Part shown: positions 13,755 to 27,377 of the stretch, piece by piece | How the letters are laid out: each line of letters begins with the position of its first letter | How positions within the stretch are numbered: the stretch's first letter is position 1 | Source: Sphaerodactylus townsendi | Taxonomy: Eukaryota | DNA length: 64,000 nucleotides | Assembly (NCBI RefSeq): GCF_021028975.2 | Contig: NC_059427.1 | Coordinates: forward strand, 136,090,001 to 136,154,000 | Direction of reading: 5' to 3' | Position numbers and translations under genes: made by a program | Notes under the pieces: model-generated | Database searches by the model: none | The model's input: only the letters and a program-made list of their open reading frames with translations | What the model was told of the DNA's origin: nothing

Positions 13755-14110
13755 TCACACCTGTTATTTATTAAGAAAGAACATATAATTACTGTCTCTA
13801 GGCAGTTGCACACAGATAACACATGGATAGCTAAAGGCTGAGGTCTAAGACATCTTGTCTAATGTAAGTTCATAGAGCAAAGCATATGTATATATATTGT
13901 TGATGCCATGTAATATGTAATTATAAAAAACGTCACACCTGTTATTGATTAAGAAAGAACATATAATTTCTGTCTCTAGGCAGTTGCACACAGATAACAC
14001 ATGGATAGCTAAAGGCTGAGGTCTAAGACATCTTGTCTAATGTAAGTTCATAGAGCAAAGCATATGTATATATATTGTTGATGCCATGTAATATGTAATT
14101 ATGAAAAACG
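13755..14110 (+). repeat. 178-bp tandem direct duplication
   Basis: 13755-13932 and 13933-14110 are nearly identical (about 3 differences), with TCA at the junctions. Confidence 0.9.
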
Positions 14111-14928
14111 TCATCATGATATTAATAATGTTATATGATATGTTATTATTTTTAGATTACAGCCAGTTGGCTTAATTAATTTATAATAAATTGCATGTTC
14201 CTGAAGAAGATGGATGATTGAAAACGCAAGAAATCACTGGCGATTAGCGTTTTAGATTGAAACTGTTCCTTATATCATCATTAATCGAGGCTTGCATTGC
14301 CACAGCGGAGCAGCTTGTAAACAGTGATGCTTGAATTTCGCAACAGCTGAGCAGCACTCGAACTCTTTGGCAAGAATTTGCTGGCACCACATTCTGTTAT
14401 GGACTTTTGTGGTTTGCATTCTGCTGTTTTTGATATATAGCACTGAATAAGGAATTCAGCTTCTTATGAACTATACCTCTTTATGAACTATACCTCTTTA
14501 TATTTAAGAATTGTGATGCAATTGTACCAATAGTTTAAGAACTTATGTCAATAAGATACATTTGAGTTTTTGAGACGATAGTAGATTATTTATTTGACCA
14601 TAATTGTTTAAGTTTTCACTACCAGCCAGCCGGTGTGCTGCGCAATTTCCTGGGTTAATTAGTTTCACGCCGCATACCAGTTTGTGTTCATTTTGTACTC
14701 TGGTATCATGCCACTTAGGTTCCTTTGGCCCAAAAGCAGCATTTTGGATTGTGCCTTAAAACAGGTGGAAGCATCAATAGAAAATCTGTTTTAGAAACTT
14801 TACTGCTATTACCAGAATTACTAGTAGCCACATCCCTTCACCACCGGGTTTTCATATAAATAAAAAATAACACTAAGAAATTGCCTATAATCAGGGCCTC
14901 CACTTGATTTAAACAATGAGTCTAGAAC

Positions 14929-15148
14929 TAGGGTTCCTGAACTGCAGGTGATAACTGGAGATCTCCTGTGATTATAACTGATCTCAAGATGATGAATATC
15001 AGTTCACATGGAGAAAATGGTCACTTTGGAAGGTGGACTCTATAGCATTAAACCCCATTGAAATTCCTTTCCTCAGCAAACCCTTAGTTTCCTTAGTCTC
15101 CTCCTCCCAAATCTCCAGGTATTTCTGAACCCAGATGTGGCAACCCTA
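14929..15148. mobile_element. Old hAT-type MITE (TAGGGTT...CAACCCTA termini)
   Basis: Inverted termini; related degraded pieces near 2030-2110, 31300-31465 and 48690-48830. Confidence 0.55.
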
Positions 15149-15218
15149 TCTGTATCATCTGGGAGGAACATAGACAGACTAGGTATCCTACTTCAGAGGT
15201 AAAGGACGCCTTGAATAA

Positions 15219-15385
15219 AAACATAAGAAAGAGCCTGCTGGATCAGACCAGAGTCCATCTCGTCCAGCACTCTGCTACTTGCAGTGGCCCACAAGATGCC
15301 TTTGGGAGCTCACATGCAGGATGTGAAAGCAATGGCCTTCTGCTGCTGCTGCTCCCGAGCACCAAATCTACTAAGGCATTTGCAT
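15219..15385 (-). mobile_element. CR1 LINE 3' UTR fragment
   Basis: Reverse complement matches 37260-37415, including the ttcttatgtt tail. Confidence 0.8.
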
Positions 15386-17176
15386 ACTGATTGATTGTTG
15401 GGATGGATGCAGATTGGGTAAGTAAATGGTCTGCTTAGAGTGCTCATTAAGTTATTTTAGGGTAGTATAACAGGGATTAGCAAGCTCAATTGTCTAGCCA
15501 TGCACACATAGGGTAAGGATAAAAGTTCAGCAGCCAGCCACCTCCCTGCTCAAGATTGACAGACAAGATGAATTCCAAAAATCTCTGAGAGGCATCCATT
15601 TTGTGGGAAGCAGTGTCTTGCTCTGATGTCCACCTTTGGTCCCCATGCCACCATGCCACTCCTTGGTGGGAAAAGGAGTCTGAATGCTTACAATTAAACC
15701 AACTGATTCAGGTTGCACTTTTGTGGGGCAGACTGTTATATGAAGGCCTAAGATAATGGCTAAAAGAGTACCTGATGTAACCACCTTGCTGAAGTTAAGC
15801 ACGTCTGTTGTATAGTGCCATGAGTTCAATGATGGAAGAAAAACAAAAGACAAATATAATAAAAATAAAAACCCTCCTCAATCAAGACATCACCACTGAT
15901 CTCATTTGAAAAGCCATACAAGAAAACAGAAATTACTCAGGAATGAAATAGCTGATTTTCTAATCAACTCAGATCTCATGCCTGGAAGGTTTTGCTTGTT
16001 ACCTCAGATCCATACAAATTACAGTGCAGGAAGTCTCTCTGTCTCAGTCAGCAGTGCATCCTCTGAAGAATTATCTGTATATTGACTTGCAAAAGCAAAT
16101 ACAAGATTACATACCATAGATATCAACATGATAATGATATGTATAATACTATTCTTTTCACATTTCTTCTCTTTACACCAATAAACCACATAATGATTCT
16201 GGCAGGCTCTATAGCAATTTCCAGACATCAGATTTCTAATGTATTTCTATGGAAATTGGCACTGTTGTAGTGTCATGTGGCACTCGCAACAATTTTATTT
16301 GTAGCATCAAATATGACTTACAGATTTGCAAGTTTGTCTTTGGAAAAACATGACCAGGTTATCCTTAAAAAGCCATGCTACAAACTATGGATCTGACGAT
16401 GTTGCTGATATCTTGGTATGGAAACAGTGATAAAGAATCTTGGGTACTCTATAAGGATCTGTGATATCAATTCTATTGAATGAGCAATCACATTTATATT
16501 CAATAGCACCATGAAAAATCCAACGGTCTCCTTCCTGGACATTCTCCTCAACTTCAAATATTTTCAGCTTTTTGTCTACTTCTACAATCCATCTTTCTTT
16601 CTTTCTCCATGCCCGTCCCTTTCATGCTGTTCTCACCAGGGACCTCAGGGTGGTGTGCATTTCCTTTTTCTGCCATTTTCTCCCCTTAGCAAAAATATTT
16701 CAACATCCTAACTAATCCATGGATTTTGAGTGTTTTAGAATCATCTATCAAACACTGGATCCAAAGTATCACGCTCTGTGCTCTGCTCATATATAAGGTA
16801 TCTCCAGCTCCTCCTTCCACCAGTAGCCTCTAATTACCTCAAAAGCCCACTCCAAGGTCAGAGGGCTCTTTGTATTTTTGGTATACAATGATTGACACCT
16901 TTTATGTTGCAAAGTGCACAACATGCCCATGCATGGGGGATAAGGGGTGATTTGGATCCCAGGTTTTTTTTGTTGTCGTTGTCAAGTCTCAGCCAACTTA
17001 CAGCAACATTTGTGGTTTCTCAAGTCAATAGACTTACAGAGGTAGTTTACGATCAGGGTAGCATGAACTATACAGATCCCAGCCTATACAAATATTTTAT
17101 ATTTGCAATACAATAAAATTCCAGCTGAATAACTGCTGGGCAGACCAATCCAGAGCCCTGGAGTGACCAGATATGG

Positions 17177-17625
17177 TGTCAGCAAGTTCAACATTGATTA
17201 ATCTCTTGTCCATGCCCAGCTATTCCTCTCAGGAGATTTTATAGCCACACACCAGGAAGGCATGCATATCTCCTGTCTGTCAGGCACAGTCTGGCAACAA
17301 CTCATCTCCACTGTCATCTTCACTATCAAGGTGCAGCTGGCACTGTGTAGCCAGATGAGCACTGTGTCTCTGTGCCTGTAGCTAAGACCTCAGTCTTCTC
17401 CCTTGAGATTCGAAGGGACTGACAACCCTGGGGAGCTGGGCTTGGGTGGCTGGTCTTCTGTGAATGCATCCAAGCCAGAAGCTAGGCTGATGGTTGGCTG
17501 CAAATCTGGGAGTGCCTGCACCTTCTCTTCCTGCTGGCCATCTACTATCAGCTGTAGGCTGACTACAGAGGCAGCTCTTCCTCTGAGGAGTCCTCACTGT
17601 TGTTGATTCAGACTTGGTCATGACA
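17177..17625 (-). mobile_element. Possible solo LTR (Gypsy-like)
   Basis: TGTCA...TGACA inverted ends and TATAAAA on the minus strand at about 17237-17243; no matching TSD. Confidence 0.3.
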
Positions 17626-20524
17626 CCCTGAGATAGATGGTTATCCAACTGACTGTCGATCTACTGATCGATCGATCGCTATTTCTGTATCCATCAGCAT
17701 GAAGAGAAGAAAAGATACATTGAAGCCAAAGAACAGGTTGGATTCGGATGCCTTCAGTTAGTAGAAGGACGTTTTAAAAGGTAAAAAGTAATTCTTTCCG
17801 TCACTGAGATATGCCTTTTTCATTATATCTCCATGAGGGAAGAGCTAGACACTTAAAAAAAAAAACCCCGAAAGCTGGGACTTCAAAGAAATTGCTTAAA
17901 CTATCAGTACACCACTACAGCATTACGACAATGTTTTAGGGTCTTTAAAAAGAAAAATCCTGAACTTACTTGTCTTTCAGAAGAGGGAATGGTTTAACAG
18001 TGGTGAGTCTGGTTATTGAAAAGTGGTCTGGAAGTGGATGGGACAAAGAAAACGCTTGGGTAAAAATGGTGTGTGTGTGGGGGGGGGGAGCCAAAAAATC
18101 CAAAATGAAAACTAAAGGGACAAAAATACAAGCAGAAATCAGAGGATGAACCAAAGTAGTAGGGAGACTGAACCAGCAAGAAACACTCCATGCAGAAAAG
18201 CTGTAAGACAGGCAAACATTTCAGTATACATTAACCCACTATTGGAACATACAATTTTGTTTCAAAGTTTGGGTACAGACTGTAGCAGGCCTATATTTGC
18301 TTCGTAAAAAAAAAGAAAAACAAGCATTTCTGATTCATGGGGAAAACACTGTTAACTAGATACACTGGATACACTAGTTAAAAACTTCACTGATTACCAG
18401 CAGGATGTCTTCCAATTTATGGCATTGTATCTGAGACCAGAATTTGTCTTTCTGTATATGGAACCTGACAGCCATCACCCATGAAAGTGAAATTCAGTTA
18501 GCAACAACTTCTAAAATAACAGAGCACAGCCTGTCAGAAGCAGTCCAATTTGCTGGATACATTTTGTTTGAGACACAAGGGAAATGTTGTATTCCCCAAC
18601 ATAGCAAGTTTAATCTACAGTCTATATTTCTTCTTTAGAAAGGCTGCTAAGATGATGAAGAAAACAAAGAAGAATTTTTGAGAACAACTAAAGATTCCTC
18701 ACAGTGCTTGCTATTGTCTCAGTCTAAGGATTTAAAAACAAGAACAGGAAGAGGATAAAAATTCCCAAGCAAATAGTTGTAACCTAAAATTGCTTCCATA
18801 AACTCACATTTGCCCTCTGTTTCAGTCTTTCCCTTCTCATCTAATATTCCTAATTATAAATATTTATTGACCTAGATGTTACAAGAGGGAAAACTATTCT
18901 GCTTGGCAAGTTCTTGCTGAATATTATTGCTTTTTCAAGATTTAAGATTTCAGTGTTATAAAATGGTCTGTCAAAGATAAATTCATATTTGAAATTTCAA
19001 AGGCCAAATGTAATGGGATTTATGTGAAATTGATGGGCACACAGTTGCCAACCTTTCCATCCCATAAGGAAGATGCCATTCAAATGTCTGAAATCTGAAG
19101 TTTTAATTTCTGCAACGTTCTTGTTTAATCTCTCATCTACAACATACACTGTTTTCTTAAGGGGTAAGCCTGCTAACTCATCACAGTACAATAGGGCTTG
19201 GGAAACAGCAAGAGATGAAGGACGGGATCATGGGTGGCAAATGTCAGCAATGGTGTGACATCATTTCTTGAGAAAGTGGTCATAAAATATTTTGGTGACT
19301 CCTGAAGAGGTGTGATGTAATTTCTGGAGGTTTTCAGCAGTGACATCACACCTTCACTGATGGTCATTTTTTTTAAAAAAATATTTCTCATGCTGGTTGT
19401 TGGAGTGCTGACAGACAAAGGCAGAGATCTCCTGCCCCCAATGGGTAGATGATAACCCTATGACTGCAGAGAATGAAGGAGCTTACATTTTTACTTTAAA
19501 TAAGGATGGGCCCACCAACAGTGTCCTGTTCCTCTTTCAGCTTTTGAAGGGGCTGGTACAACCTCATTCCTGGCTTTAATTTCCCTGAATTCATGTATCT
19601 GCTGATAATATGTGCCTAACATTGCCCTGGTAAATTCATGTCAGGAATCAAAATTTGAACTGGTGACCTCGTGGATTACAGCTAATTTTAACTCCTATAT
19701 TAACCAGCTCACTGGCTGAATTTGGGTCTAGCTGAACAGAAATATCCAACCCAGGAGGTACAACTCAGGCCACATCATTCCGTACTGCCATGTCATCACA
19801 CACTATTTTTATCTCTCTTCTTGACCCAATCTCATTATTTTGCCTCAGTGTGTTTTTTGTGATATATTGCTTCTCCTGCCAACAGTATGCTCAGAATTGC
19901 CTCCACTGCCTATGCTATAATCACAGACAAAGGTCTGATGTTCAGGGTTTTGGCTATGAACCCGACAATTTTAGGCTCACATTTTAGGCTACGAACCCCA
20001 CAATTTTAGGCTCAAATTAGTGGGACAGAACCCAATGCTGAATTGAAATTTGGGAATTCTTGAATCTGTTGTAGAAATGACAGCCAAATTTAGGGATATC
20101 CAAATAATTGTACTGCAGTTTACAGCTGAATTTTAGAATGTTTGGGGCAAGATGAAGTTAACAATAGCAGATAGAAAATTATTTTCTTTCTTTTTTCCTT
20201 TATTCAAAAAATGTTACGCAAATTGGAGGGGTCTGTTCCATTTAGGTTGGAAAATTAGCAGGGGACCTGGAACTACCAAAGGGTGTGCTACAGGATATGC
20301 ACCAAATATACCAGGGTTTTCCCCCTTAAAAAGACACAGGAAACCAGAACTTGGGTTTAACAATTTTATTGAAGAATAAAATAATAAACATTTCACAATC
20401 AGTCTGGTAAAATACACACACATATGGATCCAAGAGGCCTAAGTTTTAGACAGAGGTTAAAGGTATATGAAAATAGGAGAGGTCATTGTGGAAAGGGTGA
20501 TAATTACATCATCTAGAAGAGGAA

Positions 20525-21155
20525 GGTTCTTGGGTGCCTGTCAGGGGCACATTTATAAAGCTAGCGGCACCAAAATTTCAGGGTATCATCTGGAGACTGT
20601 CCTGATGATACCACCCAGGTTTGGTGAAATTTGGTTCAGGGGGGCCCAAAGTTATAGATCCCCAAAGGGGGTGCCCCTATCCCCCATTGTTTCCAATGGG
20701 AGCTAACAGGAGATGGGGGCTACCCATTTGAGTGGGGAAACAAAATAAGTCTTTTGGGGGGCCCATAAAATTGAACCCCTAGAAGCAAAGTTCACCAAGC
20801 CTGGATGCTATTACTAGGAGGGCCTCCTGGAGCCACCTTGAAAGTCTGGTGTCTCTATATTCAAAAATGTGCAGCCTGCTTATACACTCAGAAAATCCCC
20901 ATTGGCTACAGTGGAGCCAAGGAACTGCAAAGCAGAGAATCTTGGGCAATTTCTTGGGGTGCCTGTCAGGGATGCATTTTTAAAGCTAGCAGCACCAGAA
21001 TTTCAGGGTATCATCCGGAGACTGTCCTGATGATACTACCCGAGTTTGGGGAAGTTTGGTTCAGGAAGCCCAAAGTTATAGACCCTCAAAGCCCCCATCT
21101 CCTGTTAGCTCCCTTTGGAAACAATGGGAAATGGAAGCACCCCCTTTGGGGATCC
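20525..21155. mobile_element. Internal tandem units of a DNA-transposon-like repeat
   Basis: The unit gcctgtcagggg...gcaccaaaatttcagggtatcatc...gtttgg occurs twice (about 20530 and 20950); homologous to 26055-26260 and 40650-40880. Confidence 0.6.
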
Positions 21156-21250
21156 AGCAGTAGATTGTTGAAGGGCTGCTTGAAGCTCCTAGTACATTTC
21201 TGTTCACAAAAAAACCCTATAAGTGACTGTACTTTAAAGGTGTTGTGTAG

Positions 21251-21547
21251 AAGAAGAAAATAAGAGTTTGGATGTATATCCCACTTTTCTTAACTGTAAA
21301 AAGTCTCCAAGTGGCTTCCAAATTCCTTTCCTTTTTCTCTCCACAGCAGTCACTTTGTGAGGTAGTTGGAGCTGAGAGAGTTTTGAGAGAACTGTGACTA
21401 GCAGGGTCAGCCAGCAGGCTTCCTGTGGAGTGGGGAAACAAAATGCACCAAATTAGAGTCTGGTACTCATGTGAGGGAGTGGGCATACAATCTGGTCCAC
21501 CAGATTAGAATCCACTGTTTTTAACTACTACACCATGCTTGCTCTCT
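21251..21547 (-). mobile_element. tRNA-derived SINE (Squam3-like)
   Basis: Reverse strand has a tRNA-like head (ggtgtagtagttaa...ttctaatctgg), a CORE-like body and a (TTC)n tail. Confidence 0.75.
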
Positions 21548-21590
21548 AATTTGCTATTGTACAGATGACAATATCCTAAATGGCAAAGTT

Positions 21591-21896
21591 GAGCAGCAGT
21601 GGCGCAGGAGGTTAAGAGCTCGTGTATCTAATCTGGAGGAACTGGGTTTGATTCCCAGCTCTGCCGCCTGAGCTGTGGAGGCTTATCTGGGGAATTCAGA
21701 TTAGCCTGTACACTCCCACACTCCAGCTGGGTGACCTTGGGCTAGTCACAGTTCTTCTGAGCTCTCTCAGCCCCACCTACCTCACAGGGTGTTTCTTGTG
21801 AGGGGGGAAGGGCAAGGAGATTGTAAGCCCCTTTGAGTCTCCTGCAGGAGAGAAAGGGGGGATATAAATCCAAACTCTTCTTCTTCTTCTTCTTCC
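21591..21896 (+). mobile_element. tRNA-derived SINE (Squam3-like), young
   Basis: A box tggcgcaggagg, B box ggtttgattcc, body gctgggtgaccttgggctagtcac, L2-like 3' end and (TTC)n tail. Confidence 0.85.
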
Positions 21897-21959
21897 TATA
21901 CAAATGGGGGCTGCAACACCTCACACTCACAGAGAGAGACTATTCTTCCGAGAGGAACC

Positions 21960-22256
21960 TGAGAGTGGTTAAGAGCACATGGACTCTAACCTGGAGAACT
22001 GGGTTTGATTCCCCATTCCTTCACATGAGTGGCAGACGATTATCTAGTGAATTAGATTTGTTTTCCCACTCCTACACACGAAGCCTGCTGAGTGACCTTG
22101 GGCTAGTCACAGTTTGCTCAGAACTTTCTCAGCCCAACTTACCTCACAAGGTGTCTGTTGTGGGGAGAGGAAAGGAAATGAGTTTGTAAGGTGCCTTGAG
22201 TCTCCTTACAGGACGGAAATGTAGTGTATGAATCCAAACTCCTTCCCCTCCTCTTA
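21960..22256 (+). mobile_element. tRNA-derived SINE (Squam3-like)
   Basis: Same architecture as 21591-21896 but more diverged. Confidence 0.8.
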
Positions 22257-23154
22257 GATAACAGGCCTCTGACACGGAATCATTGAATAACATTGAGTTG
22301 TCCTTGAACATTGGTTATGCTACTTTGCATCTTCTCTAGCTATAATATTCTTTCTCATAATCTACAGATTTTCCCCAAAGAAACTTGTAGAATTTTTGGA
22401 GAACTCATAAAATGTTGCATCAAAATCATAAAGAAGATTACTAGCATCTTTGTTGAAATGCCTTGGCAACAGCCAAACTATGGTCCCAACTGGCTTTTTT
22501 TTAGCTCCAGGATATGAAATGCTGGCTTGATAAAGCAGGATATGCATATTTGAGACTCAAACTTTGTGCTCATATGCTTTACAGTTAACTCTCTTGAGCC
22601 AGGAGAAATAAGATGCCAATAAACTTCTATGTTAATTGGTTATTATTCCTGACCTGCCAGCTGTATAGGTCAGCTCATCCAGTATTAAGGAACAACTCTC
22701 CTCCCACTCCACTAGTGCTTTGACTACTGCAAAGAATCAACTAAGCTTTGCCAGAAAGATGGTAGGAGAGAGAACTGGAAGGGGACTCTCTGCAGGAGTC
22801 TTTGGTAGATGTTAGAACAAACAACTGTTATGGTAACCTGCAGGTTTCTGGCAACTCAATGTGCTGCTATATAAATCAGCCCTTTCTCTGTAGGAAGCTG
22901 GCTACCAGGTTTTGTATCTAATGTTTCTCTTGGTACTTCATGATGCAAATACTAATCATCACAGCAAACAATGCTGGGGAAAGATATGGTAAACAGATGG
23001 ACAGCGAAGACATGCCTTAAAAATACAAATGTGCCCATATACTTCCTTCATTTTCACTACCTATATGACCACAGTCCCTGTCCCCATCTACTTCCCTGCA
23101 TGTATCTCTCTCGTTTCTACTACTTCCTTTACAGGCACACATTAAACATACAAG

Positions 23155-23295
23155 GGCCCCTTCCGCACATGCAGAATAATGTGTTTTCAAACCACGTTCA
23201 CAACTGTTCGCAAGTGGATTTTGCTATTCCGCACAGCTTCAAAGAGCATTGAAAGCAGTTTGAAAGTGCATTATTCTGCACATGTGGAAGGAACC
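23155..23295. mobile_element. 141-bp Harbinger-type MITE, family A (inverted relative to 8503)
   Basis: Reverse complement of 8503-8643. Confidence 0.85.
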
Positions 23296-25946
23296 TCTGA
23301 ATACTATCCCTGAGATGGAGACCACATGCAGAGCAACAATAACCACACATTGCTCAAGGAGCAGGGGATAGTGACAGAAGGCTGTGCGGAAAAGGCCTAG
23401 ATCTCTTTGGGAAGCAGGCCTGGGCAGTACAGTGTCACAACTGGGTCTAATTCAAATGTCCTAATTCTCAGGTTTCCTTCTCTTCATTTTGGTGCAATCA
23501 CAAATTCATATGTTCCCAGAGGTCTCTTGAACAGTGTCAGAGATAATTAGAAGAAAAATAGTTTTGCAACAGCTGAGCTGCTATATCAAGCATCACCTCT
23601 TCAAAGTAGCCCATCTCCTTTGCCAATTAAGATGAAGAGGATATAGCATAAAAACCTATGCTTGTTTCTGTGGAAGAAAGTCCTGCTGATGAAAAGCAGA
23701 AGGTTGGAGTAAAACCCCTCCAGTACAGAAAAGTGGGGTTTTCAAATGCAGCACCTTCTGTCCAAATGTTCTTTCTGAATGCTTGCAAAAACAGGTGAGT
23801 CCCCTTTTTGTTCTCAGCATGTGGGTAAATCAGAGAAGGAACAGCCATACTTACAGTTCCACATAAATGACCTGTGAACTTGAATGTTGATTTGAATGCT
23901 TGAGAACTGCTTTTGGGGGAATAAAGAACACACAGCCCCCTCTCATTGGATTTTGAAGCAAATACATCATACATTTAAAACTTGCATCCCATGCTATTTT
24001 TTGCTTTTGTGGGAGATTATGAGGCAGAGGATGCTTGTTCTTGAAGTTAAAGTTTGTGTTAGAGAGAGCTCCCTATTAAGAAAGAAAAGCTTTCCGAGAA
24101 AAATGAAAATCCATGATCCTCAGCAAACACATTTGTGCTTAAAACCACGTTTAAAACCTCTCTGTACCATCAAATTGAGAAGAATCCAATGAATACTAGG
24201 TGTACTGTGAAGGACAATAAATACTCTTGCCTTTTTCTATCAGTTGATGCTGCAGGATAGTAAATAACTGGGAAGTCAAACACCTTTCTACTCTTATCCA
24301 AAGCCATTCACATTTTTGTGAAAATCCCTGAAACATCTGAAATTGTTTAATGAACTTCTGTTCCATGGGACATCTACAAAATATGTGCATTAAACAAGGG
24401 CCAGCTCCCTTTTCATCAGTTACTCCCTTTTCATGTTGCAAACTGTAAATTTATGAAAGAGAGAGAACAACCTGTCCCAGAGGATTGTGTTTAGGAAGGC
24501 TCTGATTACTTTTTCCAGTCTTCATCAGAATGACATGCTATTCTGGTTGGCCAAGAAAACTACAGTACCCATCAACCTGATATGTTCCGAACATGTTTCA
24601 GCATCAATTATGAGTTGGCTGACTGTGATGATGATTCATCCTGGCAGATGTGCAGATACAACAAATCCATTTGAAACGGAGCTTGTTTTAAATCCTCAAA
24701 TAGATAATTTGGGAGGCATTCAATTTAAGAACAAACCAATAAGTTCAATTTTGGAGCACATTTTTTGTGTGTGATAAATGCAACATCACTGTAAATAAGC
24801 TAGATTTTTGTATCCCTCTTGTTGACTGCAAAGCAATAGATTGGAGGGTAGCCTTGATTTCATGACTGGCATGAAACTGAGTGGTTGTGGTGCCCCTGAA
24901 GGATTTAAAAATACAACCTTTAATAAAATTATTCTTGCAACAATGGCAAAGTGTACGCAGACCAACAACTCAGCTGGTTTTTAAAGCTAGGATTGCGTGT
25001 GGGGAAACCCACAAAGCCACTTAGAATCAGTTCATGTGGCTGACATGAGTTTGCTACCCTGAATATATAAAATATCACAGGGATTTGTATTTCTAAAAAC
25101 ATAATAGTCATACAATCAGAGAGTCCAGTTCGAGTTGCCAGCCAATGCTGGCAACCAGTCAGGAGAACTTTGGGTGGCAGGACAATCTTCTTGACACTGT
25201 GACAATGTGTAAAAAACCAGAGGTGACATCATTGAACTAGGGTGGCACTCTAGGATTCACCTTAAACTCTATTTTGTATGAATCCTAGTGTGATGACCTT
25301 GGTGTAATGTCCTCACTTTGGATTTTTTGCCTGAAGTGATGCTGTAGAGCTCCCTTAATTTTCCATTTTATTAGGAAACAGCAGAAAATAGGGAGTCCAG
25401 CTAGGAGGTCTCCCACTATAGCAGGAGACCTGCCCCCTCCATCTTGGTGTACACCCCTAAGTGTTTACAGCTGTGTATATTTTATTTACCAGTATGTATT
25501 TAAAATAGTTACATCGTTACATAAGTAGAGCCTGCTGGATCAGACCAGTGACCAACTAGTTGCCCTGGAGGACTAAACAAACAGGTTTTCCCCTGATGTG
25601 GTCCCCTATCAGAAGCCTTCAGAGGATTGCTGCATTTGTATATGGGGGTTCCCTTTCGTTACCATGTTTGGAAACCATTTGTGAACCTCAATGGCTACTA
25701 TCCCACCTTACCACAGTGTGCTTTGCTCTGTATTTTATCTTTTAAATCTCTGTATTTTATTTTAAACTCTGTAATTCATGCCATTAAAGGTTATGTATCT
25801 ATAGAGATAGTACAAGAGAAAGTTGTTTTTTTTAAGTACTTTGTTCCTAGATCATATAGGACTTAAACCAGCACTTTGATTTGGGTTGAAAAGAAATTGG
25901 TAGAGTTTATAAAACTGGGGTGGTATGTTGTTGATAGGATGGAAGA

Positions 25947-26030
25947 TGGCATGGTATAGCCCAATTTTGTCAGATCTTGGACGATAAACAGGGTTGTTAC
26001 TTGGATGGGAGACCACATCAGAAGACTCCG
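25947..26030 (+). mobile_element. 5S rRNA-derived SINE head
   Basis: gcccaattttgtcagatcttgg...tacttggatgggagaccac resembles 5S rRNA boxes A and C. Confidence 0.55.
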
Positions 26031-26054
26031 GTGATGATTAACCCCAGGTACAAT

Positions 26055-26865
26055 TCCATTTTATAGGCCCTCAAAAGGCTAGGGCCCATCTCCCACCGCC
26101 CCCTGAAGCAAAGTTCACCAAACCTTGGTGTTATTACCAGGAGGGTCTCCTGGAGCCACCTTGAAAGTCTGGTGCCTCTACATTGAAAAATGTGCAGCCT
26201 GCTTACACACTTAGAAATGCCCCATTGGCTACAATGGAGCCACTGCAGAGCACAGAATCTGTCAGGCTCTTCAGCAAGTTCTATGGTGGGAAAAATTAAT
26301 TAACTTTTCCCACAATAGACTTCAATGGAGCTTGCTATTATGCCCAGCTGTCTCTGTGCAGATTTTGGGGGGACCCCTTTCTCTCCTGTAAGCAAGTAAC
26401 CCCCCCCCCCCAAGCTGGTAGGAGAATAAGACAGAGCAGAACCATATTGAGTTGGAAGGATTCTCTGAATTTTTATTTCCGTCTCAAAAGTTGCATGGAT
26501 CTAAATGGGTGGCGGGGGGGTGGGGTGTTGTTGATTCTCTGCTCTTTTTTCTTTTTACAAAGCAACTTCCTGCCGAATTCGGGGTGGGGGAGATTTAACT
26601 TTTCATATTTTGTCCTTGTTTTACTGTGTGAAACGTTCCCTGGGTCTTAGGGAGCCTTTTTAAAAAAAGGTTTCTTTACTTGTTTTGTAGAGTCACTGTG
26701 TGTCCAAATGCATCTGAATATGCACGCACCAATCCAAATACTTGACATTCGGATCGGGCCCTATTCGGATAAATGGTATTTGGAACGAATGCCGTCCAAA
26801 TAAATCAGAATATACTTATATTTGGGAGGTTTACTTGATTCGGCGATCCAAATCTACCAAGCCTA
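26055..26865. mobile_element. hAT-like non-autonomous element fragment with right end
   Basis: Homologous to about 20760-20940; subterminal ccgaat/attcgg repeats ending in ...ccaagccta. Confidence 0.5.
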
Positions 26866-27377
26866 CTTATGACCCTGTACTTTAGGGGGCTTTTGCAACT
26901 GAACTGGCTAGTATACCTCTTTGACAAAACTGTTGTGTCACTTTTAATTTTTATCTGCTGTTACAGTTTACACACTGCTTTTTAATTAAATGAGAAAATA
27001 TTATTTATATTTTCATTTTGTGTATATTTTAATTATTGTTGTAATTTTTAAAGGTTGTGTTGTGATGGCAAGGCAATGGGCAATAAGGGAATCATTCACG
27101 TTGGCAGTTTCCTGGGAGCTACTTTCATCCAGTTATATTCATTATAACAATTCTGTATAGCATCACACTCATATCACCAAAACGGCATTGAGTTCACATA
27201 TAAATTTCTACTAAAATGAAACTAGATATGCAGCTCCAAAACTAGATATGCATCTGCTGGCAGCACTTAAAATGTGTGCTCATTGGAAAGAGGAACCAAA
27301 CTTTAGTGGGAATAAAATTTGTTACAGCATGCAGCTGTTCACACAGACAGGGAAAACGTTTTTCATTGATCCAGAGC

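Larger units (their letters stand above)
12670..14700 (+). mobile_element. 5'-truncated Penelope-like element (Neptune-type)
   Basis: RT C-terminus, Cys-rich linker and GIY-YIG ORF, followed by a roughly 1 kb AT-rich 3' region with a tandem duplication. Boundaries are inferred from the interrupted flanking LINE. Confidence 0.85.

Noticed and set aside
17656-17680. (GATC)n run
   Set aside because: Only about 4 units, consistent with a chance microsatellite.
25947-26030. Possible 5S rRNA gene
   Set aside because: Too diverged and truncated; it is a SINE head. The tRNA-like SINE heads are likewise not tRNA genes.
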